Below the pieces are notes generated by a model that saw only the letters and a program-made list of their open reading frames with translations, was not told where the DNA came from and did not search any database. This document shows, in pieces, positions 19,721 through 29,327 of a stretch of 64,000 bases of DNA (position 1 is its first letter; each line of letters begins with the position of its first letter). The stretch lies in the NCBI GenBank assembly GCA_964639185.1, contig CAZXCN010000003.1:14059-78058 (forward strand), written 5' to 3'. The stretch is from an uncultured Candidatus Saccharibacteria bacterium. GTDB taxonomy: Bacteria; Patescibacteriota; Minisyncoccia; Phycocordibacterales; UBA9973. The position numbers and the translations under genes are program-made.

Positions 19721-20335
19721 ATGAAAAAGAAAACTCAAATATTAATGGTCCATGGTGGAATGACTTTCAGGAATAGAAAGGATTATTTATCTTGGCTAAA
19801 AGATAGGTCAATAACTTTTGGCGCAAAGAAGCGTTGGACTACTGATTATATGGATGAAAAACTAGGAAAGGATTTTGAAATTATAAGGCCACGAATGCCT
19901 CTACCGGAAAATGCTATGTATGAGGACTGGAAAATTCATTTTGAGAAATTTATACCTTATTTAAAGAATAATGTTATTCTGATTGGCGGTTCACTTGGTG
20001 GAATATTCCTTGCAAAATATCTATCAGAGAATAAGTTTCCAAAGAAAATACTTTCTACATATCTTGTTTGCCCACCCTTTGATGATACATGCTTTACCGA
20101 GGATTTGGTTGGGGGTTTTAAATTAAAATCAAACCTATCACTCTTGGAGCAAAATTCTAAAAATCTTACACTAATGTTCTCAGAAGATGATGACGATGTT
20201 CCAGTAGATCATGCTGAAAAATACAGAGCCAAGTTGCCGAATGCAAAGATTATCATATACAAGAGCAAAAATGGCCATTTTGATGTATCAACATTCCCAG
20301 AAATAGTAAAAATGATTAAAGAAGATATTAAATAA
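19721..20335 (+). CDS. Alpha/beta hydrolase, RBBP9/YdeN-like
   Basis: VHGG, GGSLGG nucleophile elbow, DDDVP, GHF. Confidence 0.85.
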   Translation: MKKKTQILMVHGGMTFRNRKDYLSWLKDRSITFGAKKRWTTDYMDEKLGKDFEIIRPRMPLPENAMYEDWKIHFEKFIPYLKNNVILIGGSLGGIFLAKYLSENKFPKKILSTYLVCPPFDDTCFTEDLVGGFKLKSNLSLLEQNSKNLTLMFSEDDDDVPVDHAEKYRAKLPNAKIIIYKSKNGHFDVSTFPEIVKMIKEDIK

Positions 20336-20336
20336 T

Positions 20337-20963
20337 ATGAAAATAATCTTAGCATCAGATACTAGTTTTTTAATTAAATACGGATATAAATTAACCAATA
20401 TTCCAAAAGATGAAATAAATATTGGTTATATTTATACTGCTTCGAAAGGTGCAAGAGATCAACAATTTTTTATGGATGTTGAAAATGAAATTAAAAATGC
20501 TGGATTTAATTTTACTAAATACGATATAGAAGGAAAATCTTGTAAGGAGATTGAAGATTTTTTTAGTGATAAAAATATAATTCAGGTTGATGGTGGAAAT
20601 ACCTTTTATCTTTTAAATTCCATTAGAAATAGTGGGTTTTATGAATTTTTAAAAAATGAATTAAATAAAGGTAAAATATTTATTGGTACAAGTGCTGGTG
20701 CTTATGTAATGTGTCCAACAATTGAAGTAGCAGACTGGAACCCAAATGGTAAAAGCAGATTTGGAATTACAGATTTTACTGCGCTTAATTATGTACCTTT
20801 TGTATTAAAAGTACATTATAAAGATGATCAAGAAGAAAGAATTAAAGAAAAAATGAAATCATTAAAATACCAGCTGAGAATATTACGTGATGGACAAGGT
20901 ATAATAGTAGAAGATGGAATTTATAAATTTGTCGGTGATGGTGAAGAGGTAATTTTAAAATAA
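20337..20963 (+). CDS. Peptidase S51 (dipeptidase E-like)
   Basis: GGNTFYL, GTSAGA, VHY. Confidence 0.85.
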   Translation: MKIILASDTSFLIKYGYKLTNIPKDEINIGYIYTASKGARDQQFFMDVENEIKNAGFNFTKYDIEGKSCKEIEDFFSDKNIIQVDGGNTFYLLNSIRNSGFYEFLKNELNKGKIFIGTSAGAYVMCPTIEVADWNPNGKSRFGITDFTALNYVPFVLKVHYKDDQEERIKEKMKSLKYQLRILRDGQGIIVEDGIYKFVGDGEEVILK

Positions 20964-20964
20964 T

Positions 20965-22293
20965 ATGGACTTAGATTTAAATAAAATTAAAAATATACAC
21001 TTTATCGGGATCGGGGGGATTGGGATCTCGGCTATTGCGCGTATGATGTTGGCGGATGGCAAGAGTGTTAATGGTCAGGACATGCAGGATTCCGATATAA
21101 TTGCGGATCTTATGAGCGCTGGGGCTGATATAACAATAGGGCAGAAATATGAGGATATTCCAAAGGGGACCGAGCTTGTGGTCTACACAATTGCTATCGA
21201 GTACTATGATCCGGAATTATTTAAAAAGTTACAAGAGCAAAATGACTTTGCTATTCGCTCATACCCACAGATGCTACACCTAGTGACTGATCATAAATAC
21301 ACTATTGCTGTGGCAGGAACTCATGGCAAGACCACAACCACAGCCATGATAGGCTATGCATTGCGTGGGATAGGCAAGGACCCAAGTATGATAGTGGGGA
21401 GTTTAATTCAAGACCCTTCGAATACCTCAGGGCAGGCACGTACTAATTACTGGGCGGGCAAGAGTGACTTGTTCGTAGTAGAGGCGTGCGAATATCGCCG
21501 TTCATTTTTAAATATCAAACCCAACATTCTTGTTATTACAAATATTGATGCAGATCATCTTGATTATTATAAAGACATTGCTGACATACAGAGCGCTTTT
21601 CATGAATTGGTTATGAGTGTGCCTGAAAATGGATATATTATATGTAATCCAAATGATGATAAAGTGGCAAGTGTTCTAGTAGATATTACTGCGCAGATTA
21701 TTGACTATACAAAATTATTTGATAACAATTTAAAATTACAAATCCCTGGGCTTCATAATAAATACAATGCGGCTTGTGCACTGGCTGTGATAGAAGCTCT
21801 AAAATTTAATAAGGATGAGGCGGTAAATATATTGGCAGACTTCCCTGGGACTTGGAGACGTTTCGAATACAAGGGGTTACTATCAAGCGGTACGAAAGTC
21901 TACGATGATTATGCCCACCACCCAACCGAGGTAAAGGCAAGCCTCCAAGGATTCCGTGAATTGTATCCATCAAGTAGTGGATATAAAGTTACAGTAGTTT
22001 TCCAGCCACATTTGTTCAGTAGAACTAAATCATTGCTCGACGAATTTGCACACAGCTTCGCTGAAGCTGACAATGTATTGATATTGCCTATATACTATGC
22101 ACGCGAGGAGGATGACGGCACAGTTAGTGCCCACACACTTGCCGAAGCTATCGGTGGTGGTGCATTAGGATACGATGATTTTCAGGAAGCTGAAAAATAT
22201 ATTCAAAATATGAATCTGAGTGATAAAGATATTATAGTTACCATGGGTGCAGGTGAAGCATTTAAAGTGGGTGATACTTTGCTTGGTAAATAA
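20965..22293 (+). CDS. murC: UDP-MurNAc:L-Ala ligase
   Basis: HFIGIGGIGIS, GTHGKTTTT, EACEY, DDYAHHPTE, FQPH. Confidence 0.95.
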   Translation: MDLDLNKIKNIHFIGIGGIGISAIARMMLADGKSVNGQDMQDSDIIADLMSAGADITIGQKYEDIPKGTELVVYTIAIEYYDPELFKKLQEQNDFAIRSYPQMLHLVTDHKYTIAVAGTHGKTTTTAMIGYALRGIGKDPSMIVGSLIQDPSNTSGQARTNYWAGKSDLFVVEACEYRRSFLNIKPNILVITNIDADHLDYYKDIADIQSAFHELVMSVPENGYIICNPNDDKVASVLVDITAQIIDYTKLFDNNLKLQIPGLHNKYNAACALAVIEALKFNKDEAVNILADFPGTWRRFEYKGLLSSGTKVYDDYAHHPTEVKASLQGFRELYPSSSGYKVTVVFQPHLFSRTKSLLDEFAHSFAEADNVLILPIYYAREEDDGTVSAHTLAEAIGGGALGYDDFQEAEKYIQNMNLSDKDIIVTMGAGEAFKVGDTLLGK

Positions 22294-22333
22294 TTATTTC
22301 TTATATTTACTTGTTGTTGGTATAATATAATAT

Positions 22334-23173
22334 ATGAAAAAATATTTTGTATTTATAATTTTTATCTTATCGATATTTGTTTCCTTTTTTGCATCTGAGC
22401 ATATTGCTTTTGCTGCAGGAAATAATTCAGGATTCATCGATACTTCTATATGGTATTCACCAAATGATTTTTCTGAAGGTGATACTATTCAAATACATAC
22501 AGCCGTGTGGAATGGTGAAAGTTATAGTATAAATGCAAAGGTAGAATTCTTGGATGTAAATACAATATTGGGGTCACGTGATGTGACAATAGCAAAGAAT
22601 ACTTTGCAAGATGTATCTATATCTTGGAAAGTAACAGCAGGGGATCACAAGATTTCTACACGCATATCACAAGCTCAGTCTGTTATTAATGGTGTTAAAT
22701 CAAATATAACAATAATTAACAAAGAGGAGGCAGCCAAGGACTTTTCAGTTACAAAGAAGTTGGCAATAAACAAAGATGGAGAAACTGAAATAATTCCAAC
22801 AATAACTGATAAGGTAAATGAAGTTTTGCCACAAAGCATGGCTGTTCCTGTTGTAAAAACGGTAGGTAATATCGACAGTTTTCGTCAAGATATTAATGGA
22901 ACACTTTCTGATTTTAAATCTGACACAGTGGAAAGACTTGAATTATTGAACAACCCAAAGCCTGTTGCAAAAACTGATTCAAAATCAAATACAGTTGAAG
23001 CTCAAGAAAAACCAAAGCCAATGTCAGGTATCGATAAGCCAGTAGCTTATGTAGAATTATTTTTACTAACTGTTGCACTATTTATATTCCATAATAGTAT
23101 TGTTTTTTATTCGTTACTTGCATTTCTCTTATTCATAATATTACGCTTCCTGTATCGTAAAATGCGCAGATAA
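22334..23173 (+). CDS. Exported Ig-like (CARDB-like) protein with C-terminal membrane anchor
   Basis: Signal peptide (AFA), beta-rich segment WKVTAGDH, C-terminal TM with basic tail. Confidence 0.65.
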   Translation: MKKYFVFIIFILSIFVSFFASEHIAFAAGNNSGFIDTSIWYSPNDFSEGDTIQIHTAVWNGESYSINAKVEFLDVNTILGSRDVTIAKNTLQDVSISWKVTAGDHKISTRISQAQSVINGVKSNITIINKEEAAKDFSVTKKLAINKDGETEIIPTITDKVNEVLPQSMAVPVVKTVGNIDSFRQDINGTLSDFKSDTVERLELLNNPKPVAKTDSKSNTVEAQEKPKPMSGIDKPVAYVELFLLTVALFIFHNSIVFYSLLAFLLFIILRFLYRKMRR

Positions 23174-23215
23174 TTGTATTTGTAGAAGATTGCAAACTAG
23201 CCTATAATAGCTTCT

Positions 23216-23491
23216 ATGAGCATTACTTTGAAGCGTATAATTATAGGCATCTTTATATTTTTATGTATATTTTGGGCTCCTTGGTGGGTCACTATTTTTA
23301 TTGCATCAGCTGGGATATTTTTATTCAATAATTATATTGAATTTATATTTACAGGATTGATTATGTATTCTGTTTACGGGGCAGGTAGCATGGGCATACT
23401 TGGGTCTACATTATATTTGCCAGTTGTATTAGTGGGTATATATCTAACACTTTCATTTATCAAGAAGTATATAATAATTTACAATAAATAA
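23216..23491 (+). CDS. Small membrane protein (MreD-like position)
   Basis: Hydrophobic 91 aa, translationally coupled to PBP2. Confidence 0.6.
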   Translation: MSITLKRIIIGIFIFLCIFWAPWWVTIFIASAGIFLFNNYIEFIFTGLIMYSVYGAGSMGILGSTLYLPVVLVGIYLTLSFIKKYIIIYNK

Positions 23492-25185
23492 TGTTTAAAA
23501 AAAGACGAAAAAGGAAATACTATGATGTGCACCCAGATGAAATATTTCTGGATTCTAAAAATTTACCAGAATTCAATACACAACAATTCGAAGGTCGTTT
23601 AGAAAAAGCAATTCCAAAAAGATCTTTATTCTACCTCGGGGGATTCTTTTTTCTTATTGGGTTGATATTCATATATCAATTAGGCACATTGCAAGTATTA
23701 AAAGGTACATATTATTTTAAGAAAAGTGAGAACAATACTCTCTCGCAAGAACCTATATTTTCTGACCGTGGCTTGATACTCGACAGGAATCAGGTCAAAT
23801 TGGCATGGAATGTGTGGACAGAAGACAATACCGATAGATTCGACATACCTGTACGTGCGTATATATCTGAAGGCGGGTTTGGGCATTTGTTGGGTTATGT
23901 GTCTTATCCACAAAAGGATTCATCGGGTAATTATTGGCAAAGTTCATTTATAGGTAAAGACGGCACGGAAAAAGTTTATGATGAAAAATTAAAAGGTGAA
24001 AATGGTGTACGTATTACTGAGGTAGATGTGAAGAATACAATACAATCTGAAAATATTATTACGCCACCAAAACATGGTGACAATATTATATTATCTATAG
24101 ACAAAGGAATACAAAGCCAAATGTATAAATCTATTGTAGATATGTCAAAAAATGTTGGATTCTCTGGAGGGGCTGGTGCTGTTATGGACCTGGCTACAGG
24201 TGAATTGTTGGCTATTACTAGCTACCCGGAATATAACCCAAACATACTTTCCAAAGGTAGCGACACTGCTGTAATCAAAGGGTATCTAACTGATAAAAGG
24301 AAAGTATTTCTAAATCGTGCTATTGGTGGATTGTATGCACCTGGTTCTATTGTAAAACCTTTTGTTGGATATGCAGCGCTTGTCGAAGGTGTTATAACAC
24401 CTTCGAAAAATATTCTTTCAAATGGAAAATTGGAAATACAAAATCCATATTTCAAAGATCAGAAAACTGTTTTCAATGACCATGGAGTTTTCGGTTATGT
24501 AAATATGAGCAAAGCAATAGCTGTATCTTCTGACGTTTACTTTTACCAGATAGGTGGTGGGTATATGGATCAAAAAGGCCTTGGTATTGTGAATATAGAT
24601 AAATATATAAAAATTTTCGGTATTACTAATAAAACAGGTATTGATTTGTTGGGCGAAAAGGAGGGTAATATTCCTACGCCTGAATGGAAAGCTAAAACTT
24701 TCAAAGGTGATGCTTGGCGGGTTGGTGACACATACAACACAGCTATTGGTCAATATGGTTTACAAGTAACGCTGATGCAAATGGTGCGAGCTGTTTCTGC
24801 TATCGCCACAATGGGTACTATGCCTACACCACATATTCGATTCCGTGATGATGCTATGGAGTCAAAAGTTGAAAAGATAGATGTAGATAAAGATATGATG
24901 AAAGTTATTCAATCCGGAATGCGTGAAGCTGTATTGACTGGCACAGCAACATCGCTCAATATTCCAGGTGTTGCTGTCGCTGCAAAATCCGGTACTGCCC
25001 AAATCGGAGTAGGCAATACAAATACAAATTCGTGGATTATTGGATACTTCCCATATGAAAATCCAAAATACGCTTTTGCTGTTCTGATGGAGCGTGGTCC
25101 AAAAGAAGCTTCGGGTAATGCTACGCGTGTAATGAGTGAAGTTGTCGATTATATGAAAATTTCTACTCCACAATATTTACAATAG
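23491..25185 (+). CDS. mrdA: Class B penicillin-binding protein 2
   Basis: RGLILDRN, PGSIVK (SxxK), SSDVYFY, KSGTAQ. Confidence 0.85.
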   Translation: MFKKRRKRKYYDVHPDEIFLDSKNLPEFNTQQFEGRLEKAIPKRSLFYLGGFFFLIGLIFIYQLGTLQVLKGTYYFKKSENNTLSQEPIFSDRGLILDRNQVKLAWNVWTEDNTDRFDIPVRAYISEGGFGHLLGYVSYPQKDSSGNYWQSSFIGKDGTEKVYDEKLKGENGVRITEVDVKNTIQSENIITPPKHGDNIILSIDKGIQSQMYKSIVDMSKNVGFSGGAGAVMDLATGELLAITSYPEYNPNILSKGSDTAVIKGYLTDKRKVFLNRAIGGLYAPGSIVKPFVGYAALVEGVITPSKNILSNGKLEIQNPYFKDQKTVFNDHGVFGYVNMSKAIAVSSDVYFYQIGGGYMDQKGLGIVNIDKYIKIFGITNKTGIDLLGEKEGNIPTPEWKAKTFKGDAWRVGDTYNTAIGQYGLQVTLMQMVRAVSAIATMGTMPTPHIRFRDDAMESKVEKIDVDKDMMKVIQSGMREAVLTGTATSLNIPGVAVAAKSGTAQIGVGNTNTNSWIIGYFPYENPKYAFAVLMERGPKEASGNATRVMSEVVDYMKISTPQYLQ

Positions 25186-25272
25186 CTTGCCTTATTTAGT
25201 GAAAATCTATATAATTGTTTCTTATATAAAGTAATCGAGTGTTTGGCGTTAGAGCCTTATACTATATACAGA

Positions 25273-25734
25273 ATGGATACAGAATACATAACAGAAGAGA
25301 AGAAAAAAGCCCTCATTGAAGAGGTTAATTTTTTAAAGAGTAATCGTCGCAAGGAAATCTTGGAAGCACTTGAGTATGCTAAAAGCCTAGGTGATTTGTC
25401 TGAAAATGCTGAATACCACCAAGCTCGCGAAGATCAAGGTAAATTAGAAGACCGCATCAATCAGATAGAATACATGTTGCAATCTGCAATAGTGGTAAAG
25501 AAGCATCACAGTACAAAAGTAGAAATAGGTACAACTGTAAAGGTAAAGAAAGAGGGTTTAAAAGACTCTATTATTTATAATATTGTTGGTGCCGAGGAAG
25601 CTGACATGCTTGAAAATAAAATATCAAATCGCTCACCATTAGGATCTGCATTGTATGGTAAAGTAAAAGGCGACACTGTATCTATCACAACTCCAAAGGG
25701 GCTGGTCAAATACACCATTGTTGAGATACAATAG
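25273..25734 (+). CDS. greA: Transcription elongation factor GreA
   Basis: GDLSENAEY, ISNRSPLGSAL. Confidence 0.95.
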   Translation: MDTEYITEEKKKALIEEVNFLKSNRRKEILEALEYAKSLGDLSENAEYHQAREDQGKLEDRINQIEYMLQSAIVVKKHHSTKVEIGTTVKVKKEGLKDSIIYNIVGAEEADMLENKISNRSPLGSALYGKVKGDTVSITTPKGLVKYTIVEIQ

Positions 25735-25740
25735 TACTAT

Positions 25741-27228
25741 ATGGCATCAATTGAAGAATTAAAACAAGTTCGTATAGATAAATTGAATAAATTAAAGGCA
25801 TCTGGTATGAATCCATATCCGGAAAGTGTTTTGCGTGACTATTCACTTGAATATGTAAAAAATAATTTTGAAACTTTAGAAAAAGAGGCAAAGGAAATAT
25901 CATTAGCCGGCCGAGTAATGGTGACTCGTGGTCAGGGTGCAATATTATTTATTGTTCTTCAAGATGGCGCCACAAAATTTCAATCAGTATTAAAGAAGGA
26001 TGAATTAAGCGAAGATGTTTTTAATTTATTTGTAGACACAGTAGATTCTGGTGATTTTATTTCTGTTACTGGATCATTGTTTGTCACAGCACGTGGCGAG
26101 CAGAGTATCCTGATAAAGAATTGGTGTATGGCAACAAAATCACTATTACCACTACCTGACAAGTGGCATGGTCTTCAGGATGTAGAGGAAACATATCGTA
26201 AAAGATATCTAGATATTATTATGGATCCTGAAGTTTATAACCGTTTCGCTACACGGTCACGCGTTGTCACAGCAGTGCGTTCTTATTTAAATAATAAAAA
26301 TTTTATGGAAGTGGAAACTCCAATACTTCAGAATCAAGCAGGTGGTGCTATGGCAAAAGTTTTTGAAACGCATCACAATGATTTTGATATACCTATGGTT
26401 ATGCGTATAGCACTTGAATTAGAGCACAAGATACTCGTGGCTGCAGGATATGAGCGCGTGTATGAAATAGGCAAGAATTTCCGCAATGAAGGTTCGGACC
26501 CAACTCATATTCAAGAATTTACAATGCTTGAGTGGTATGCCGCATATCAAACACTAGAGACAAACATCGCTTGGACTGAGGAAATGATAAAATCTATTGC
26601 TTTAGAGGTAACAGGCAAGAGTATTTTTACTGTATACGACAAAGAGGGTAATTCTACTGAAGTTGATTTTAGTAAAGCATGGCCACAAATATCATTTAAA
26701 GATTTAGTAATGGAAAATACAGGTATAGATATTACAACTATTTCTACAGATGATGCACGCAAAGAAGCTATAAAGTGGGGTATGCCTGAGGATGAAGCTA
26801 GTAAAACTGGCCGAGGTAATCTACTCGACTATATTTATAAAAAGTCTTCACGTGCAAAGATAATCAATCCTACATTTATTATGAATTTTCCTGGTGACTT
26901 GAAGCCACTTGCTCAGCAGAATGATGATGGTACTGCGTGTGTGGCACAGCTGGTGATAGCTGGTGCTGAGATAACAAATCAGTATGCTGAGTTAGTAAAC
27001 CCAATACAGGAACGTGAATTATTAGAAGCTCAAGCAAGTGCAAAGAAAGGTGGCGATGATGAAGCTATGGATGTAGACGAGAGGTTCTTGCAAGCTATGG
27101 AGCATGGTATGCCACCAATGACAGGATTCGGTATGGGTATAGATAGGTTAGTAGCAATACTAACTGAGCAGAAGAACTTGCGTGATGTAATATTCTTCCC
27201 AATACTACGACCAAAGCAAGACGAATAA
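25741..27228 (+). CDS. lysS: Lysyl-tRNA synthetase class II
   Basis: YRKRYLD, EVETPIL, FRNEG, GMPPMTGFGMGIDR. Confidence 0.96.
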   Translation: MASIEELKQVRIDKLNKLKASGMNPYPESVLRDYSLEYVKNNFETLEKEAKEISLAGRVMVTRGQGAILFIVLQDGATKFQSVLKKDELSEDVFNLFVDTVDSGDFISVTGSLFVTARGEQSILIKNWCMATKSLLPLPDKWHGLQDVEETYRKRYLDIIMDPEVYNRFATRSRVVTAVRSYLNNKNFMEVETPILQNQAGGAMAKVFETHHNDFDIPMVMRIALELEHKILVAAGYERVYEIGKNFRNEGSDPTHIQEFTMLEWYAAYQTLETNIAWTEEMIKSIALEVTGKSIFTVYDKEGNSTEVDFSKAWPQISFKDLVMENTGIDITTISTDDARKEAIKWGMPEDEASKTGRGNLLDYIYKKSSRAKIINPTFIMNFPGDLKPLAQQNDDGTACVAQLVIAGAEITNQYAELVNPIQERELLEAQASAKKGGDDEAMDVDERFLQAMEHGMPPMTGFGMGIDRLVAILTEQKNLRDVIFFPILRPKQDE

Positions 27229-27253
27229 AATTTTTATAAATTATACAAAAAAG

Positions 27254-27288
27254 AAAACCCACAACATTATGTGTTGTGGGTTTTTTTT
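27254..27288. terminator. Intrinsic terminator
   Basis: AAAACCCACAACA...TGTTGTGGGTTTTTTTT. Confidence 0.8.
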
Positions 27289-27321
27289 AGAATGATTTTT
27301 TGATACTTTCGCTACAATTAA

Positions 27322-27483
27322 TTAGCTTCCAAAAATGGTTAAATTATCAGTTTTAACTGGATGATCTAAAGATTTTAGGAATAATTTTAATCTTCCAAAT
27401 GACATCATCTGGATTTTTAAAGCTCTTAAGGGGTCTTTGGCCCTTCGTTCTGCTGCTTTTTTAGCAATTTTTTCTTTAGTCAT
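27322..27483 (-). CDS. Small basic orphan peptide, 53 aa
   Basis: Manual translation MTKEKIAKKAAERRAKDPLRALKIQMMSFGRLKLFLKSLDHPVKTDNLTIFGS*; fills the lysS-mraZ gap. Confidence 0.45.
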   Translation of the reverse strand: MTKEKIAKKAAERRAKDPLRALKIQMMSFGRLKLFLKSLDHPVKTDNLTIFGS

Positions 27484-27570
27484 AACTATATTATTTATTT
27501 AAATACAATGATACAACAAGGATATAAATATGTCCACTTTTTAAAATAATATGTAGTTATCCACATAATA

Positions 27571-27640
27571 GTGTGGGATAGTGGTTTGTATTGTGGGATA
27601 AAGTGGAGTATAATTAAATGCAGTGGGATAAAGTGGGTTA
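27571..27640 (+). promoter_or_regulatory. MraZ operator repeats
   Basis: GTGG(G) direct repeats, several at 10-nt spacing (GTGGGATAAAGTGG twice), directly upstream of mraZ. Confidence 0.8.
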
Positions 27641-27651
27641 AATTAATTATT

Positions 27652-28086
27652 ATGCTTATCGGTGAATACACACATACTCTAGATGAAAAGAACAGGCTTT
27701 CACTTCCTGTAAAATTCCGAAAAGAAATAGGGAAGAGTATTGTAGTTGCACCAGGCTTGGATAATTGTATTTCATTATTTACCGAAAAGGAGTGGAGCAA
27801 GATATCCGACAAGCTAGCTGACAGCTCTATGTTGCAAGCAGACAATCGTAACTTTTCCCGTTTTATGTTCGGACAAGCTGTGAGTACTGATGTAGATGCA
27901 AGTGGCCGTATATTGATTCCTGAACATTTGCGCCGTCGTTCAAAGCTTGGTTCCAAAGTAGTTGTTATCGGAGTTCAGAATCGTGCTGAAATATGGAATG
28001 AAACTGCATGGAATACGTACAAGAAGTCAATCGACACACAGGCCGACGCCCTCGCTGATAAATTGGGCAGTATTGGAGTTCTTTAA
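27652..28086 (+). CDS. mraZ: Division/cell-wall cluster repressor MraZ
   Basis: MLIGEYTHTLDEKNRLSLP, DASGRILIP, EIW. Confidence 0.95.
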   Translation: MLIGEYTHTLDEKNRLSLPVKFRKEIGKSIVVAPGLDNCISLFTEKEWSKISDKLADSSMLQADNRNFSRFMFGQAVSTDVDASGRILIPEHLRRRSKLGSKVVVIGVQNRAEIWNETAWNTYKKSIDTQADALADKLGSIGVL

Positions 28087-28087
28087 T

Positions 28088-28987
28088 ATGAAGCATATAC
28101 CGGTTTTACTTTCAGAGTCAGTTGATGCATTGAACCTCGCAAGTGGTGACATAATGCTCGACGGTACACTTGGTGGCGGAGGCCATACATATGAGGTGGT
28201 AAAACGCTTTGGGTCAGGGGTAAAAATTATTGGCCTTGATCTAGATGCAGATGCCATAGGCCGTGCAAATGAAAAGTTGGTAGATACTGATCATGACACA
28301 AAGTTTATTGTTGCAAACTTCCAAGACGCAAGTAAGGTCCTCGAAGGTTTGAATATTGATCATGTGGATGCTGTACTTCTGGATTTGGGCATAAGCTCGT
28401 TTCAGTTGGAAGTTGCAGGGCGTGGATTCTCCTTTATGCGAGACGAACCATTGCAAATGACAATGAAGAAGGACCCAAGTGATACTGATGTTACAGCTTC
28501 CGATATTGTAAATACTTGGAAAGAAGAAACGATCGCAGACATTATCTACGGATTTGGCGAGGAGCGATATTCCAGGAAGATAGCAAAAGCAATAGTTGAA
28601 GCTCGACAAGTAAAGCCATTTACAACCACAAAGGAACTTGCCGATGTATTGGAACAAGCAGTAGGTAAAGCTTATCGCCGTATGAAGATCCACCCAGCGA
28701 CAAAGACATTTCAAGCTTTGCGTATCGCAGTGAATATGGAACTGACAAGTATAGAAAATGCAATTCCTGAAATATTTGAAAAATTGCATGCAGGCGGGCG
28801 TATGGCGATCATATCATTTCACAGTTTAGAGGACCGGATAGTAAAGAGGGCATTTAGGGATTTGGTTGGCAGTGGTATGGCCTTGGCTATAACCAAAAAG
28901 CCCATAATACCAAGTGCTAATGAATTGCAAGACAACCCCCGAGCTCGAAGTTCCAAGTTAAGAGTAATAGAGAAAGTAAACAAATAG
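28088..28987 (+). CDS. rsmH: 16S rRNA m4C1402 methyltransferase
   Basis: HIPVLL, DGTLGGGGH, DLGISSFQL, ISFHSLEDR, NPRARSSKLR. Confidence 0.96.
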   Translation: MKHIPVLLSESVDALNLASGDIMLDGTLGGGGHTYEVVKRFGSGVKIIGLDLDADAIGRANEKLVDTDHDTKFIVANFQDASKVLEGLNIDHVDAVLLDLGISSFQLEVAGRGFSFMRDEPLQMTMKKDPSDTDVTASDIVNTWKEETIADIIYGFGEERYSRKIAKAIVEARQVKPFTTTKELADVLEQAVGKAYRRMKIHPATKTFQALRIAVNMELTSIENAIPEIFEKLHAGGRMAIISFHSLEDRIVKRAFRDLVGSGMALAITKKPIIPSANELQDNPRARSSKLRVIEKVNK

Positions 28988-29003
28988 GTAAATTTAAATA
29001 ATA

Positions 29004-29324
29004 ATGAAAATCAAAAATATAAAACAACAAATACCAAGTGACGATAATTCAAGGAAACAGATGTTTCGTATACTTGTCGGCTCATTAGGAGCATTGTGTT
29101 TGTGTTATGTTTATTTGATCGGATCTATTACTTTCAATGTATTGGCTCGTAAATCATTGGAAACAAATGCTCGTGTAGTATCAAGCAATGTATCACAACT
29201 TGAACTGCAATATATTGCATTATCAAATTCTATTGATGCACAATATGGTACAGATAATGGCTTTGTAGAAGCAAAAGGAACTTTGTTTGCAAGTCGTGAT
29301 TCTGCAAAAGTTGCTATGAAATAA
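29004..29324 (+). CDS. FtsL-like bitopic protein
   Basis: TM plus coiled coil between rsmH and PBP (synteny). Confidence 0.6.
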   Translation: MKIKNIKQQIPSDDNSRKQMFRILVGSLGALCLCYVYLIGSITFNVLARKSLETNARVVSSNVSQLELQYIALSNSIDAQYGTDNGFVEAKGTLFASRDSAKVAMK

Positions 29325-29327
29325 TAT

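Noticed and set aside
27571-27640. GTGGGATA repeats as a CRISPR or novel repeat
   Set aside because: Too short, no spacers; explained as MraZ boxes upstream of mraZ.
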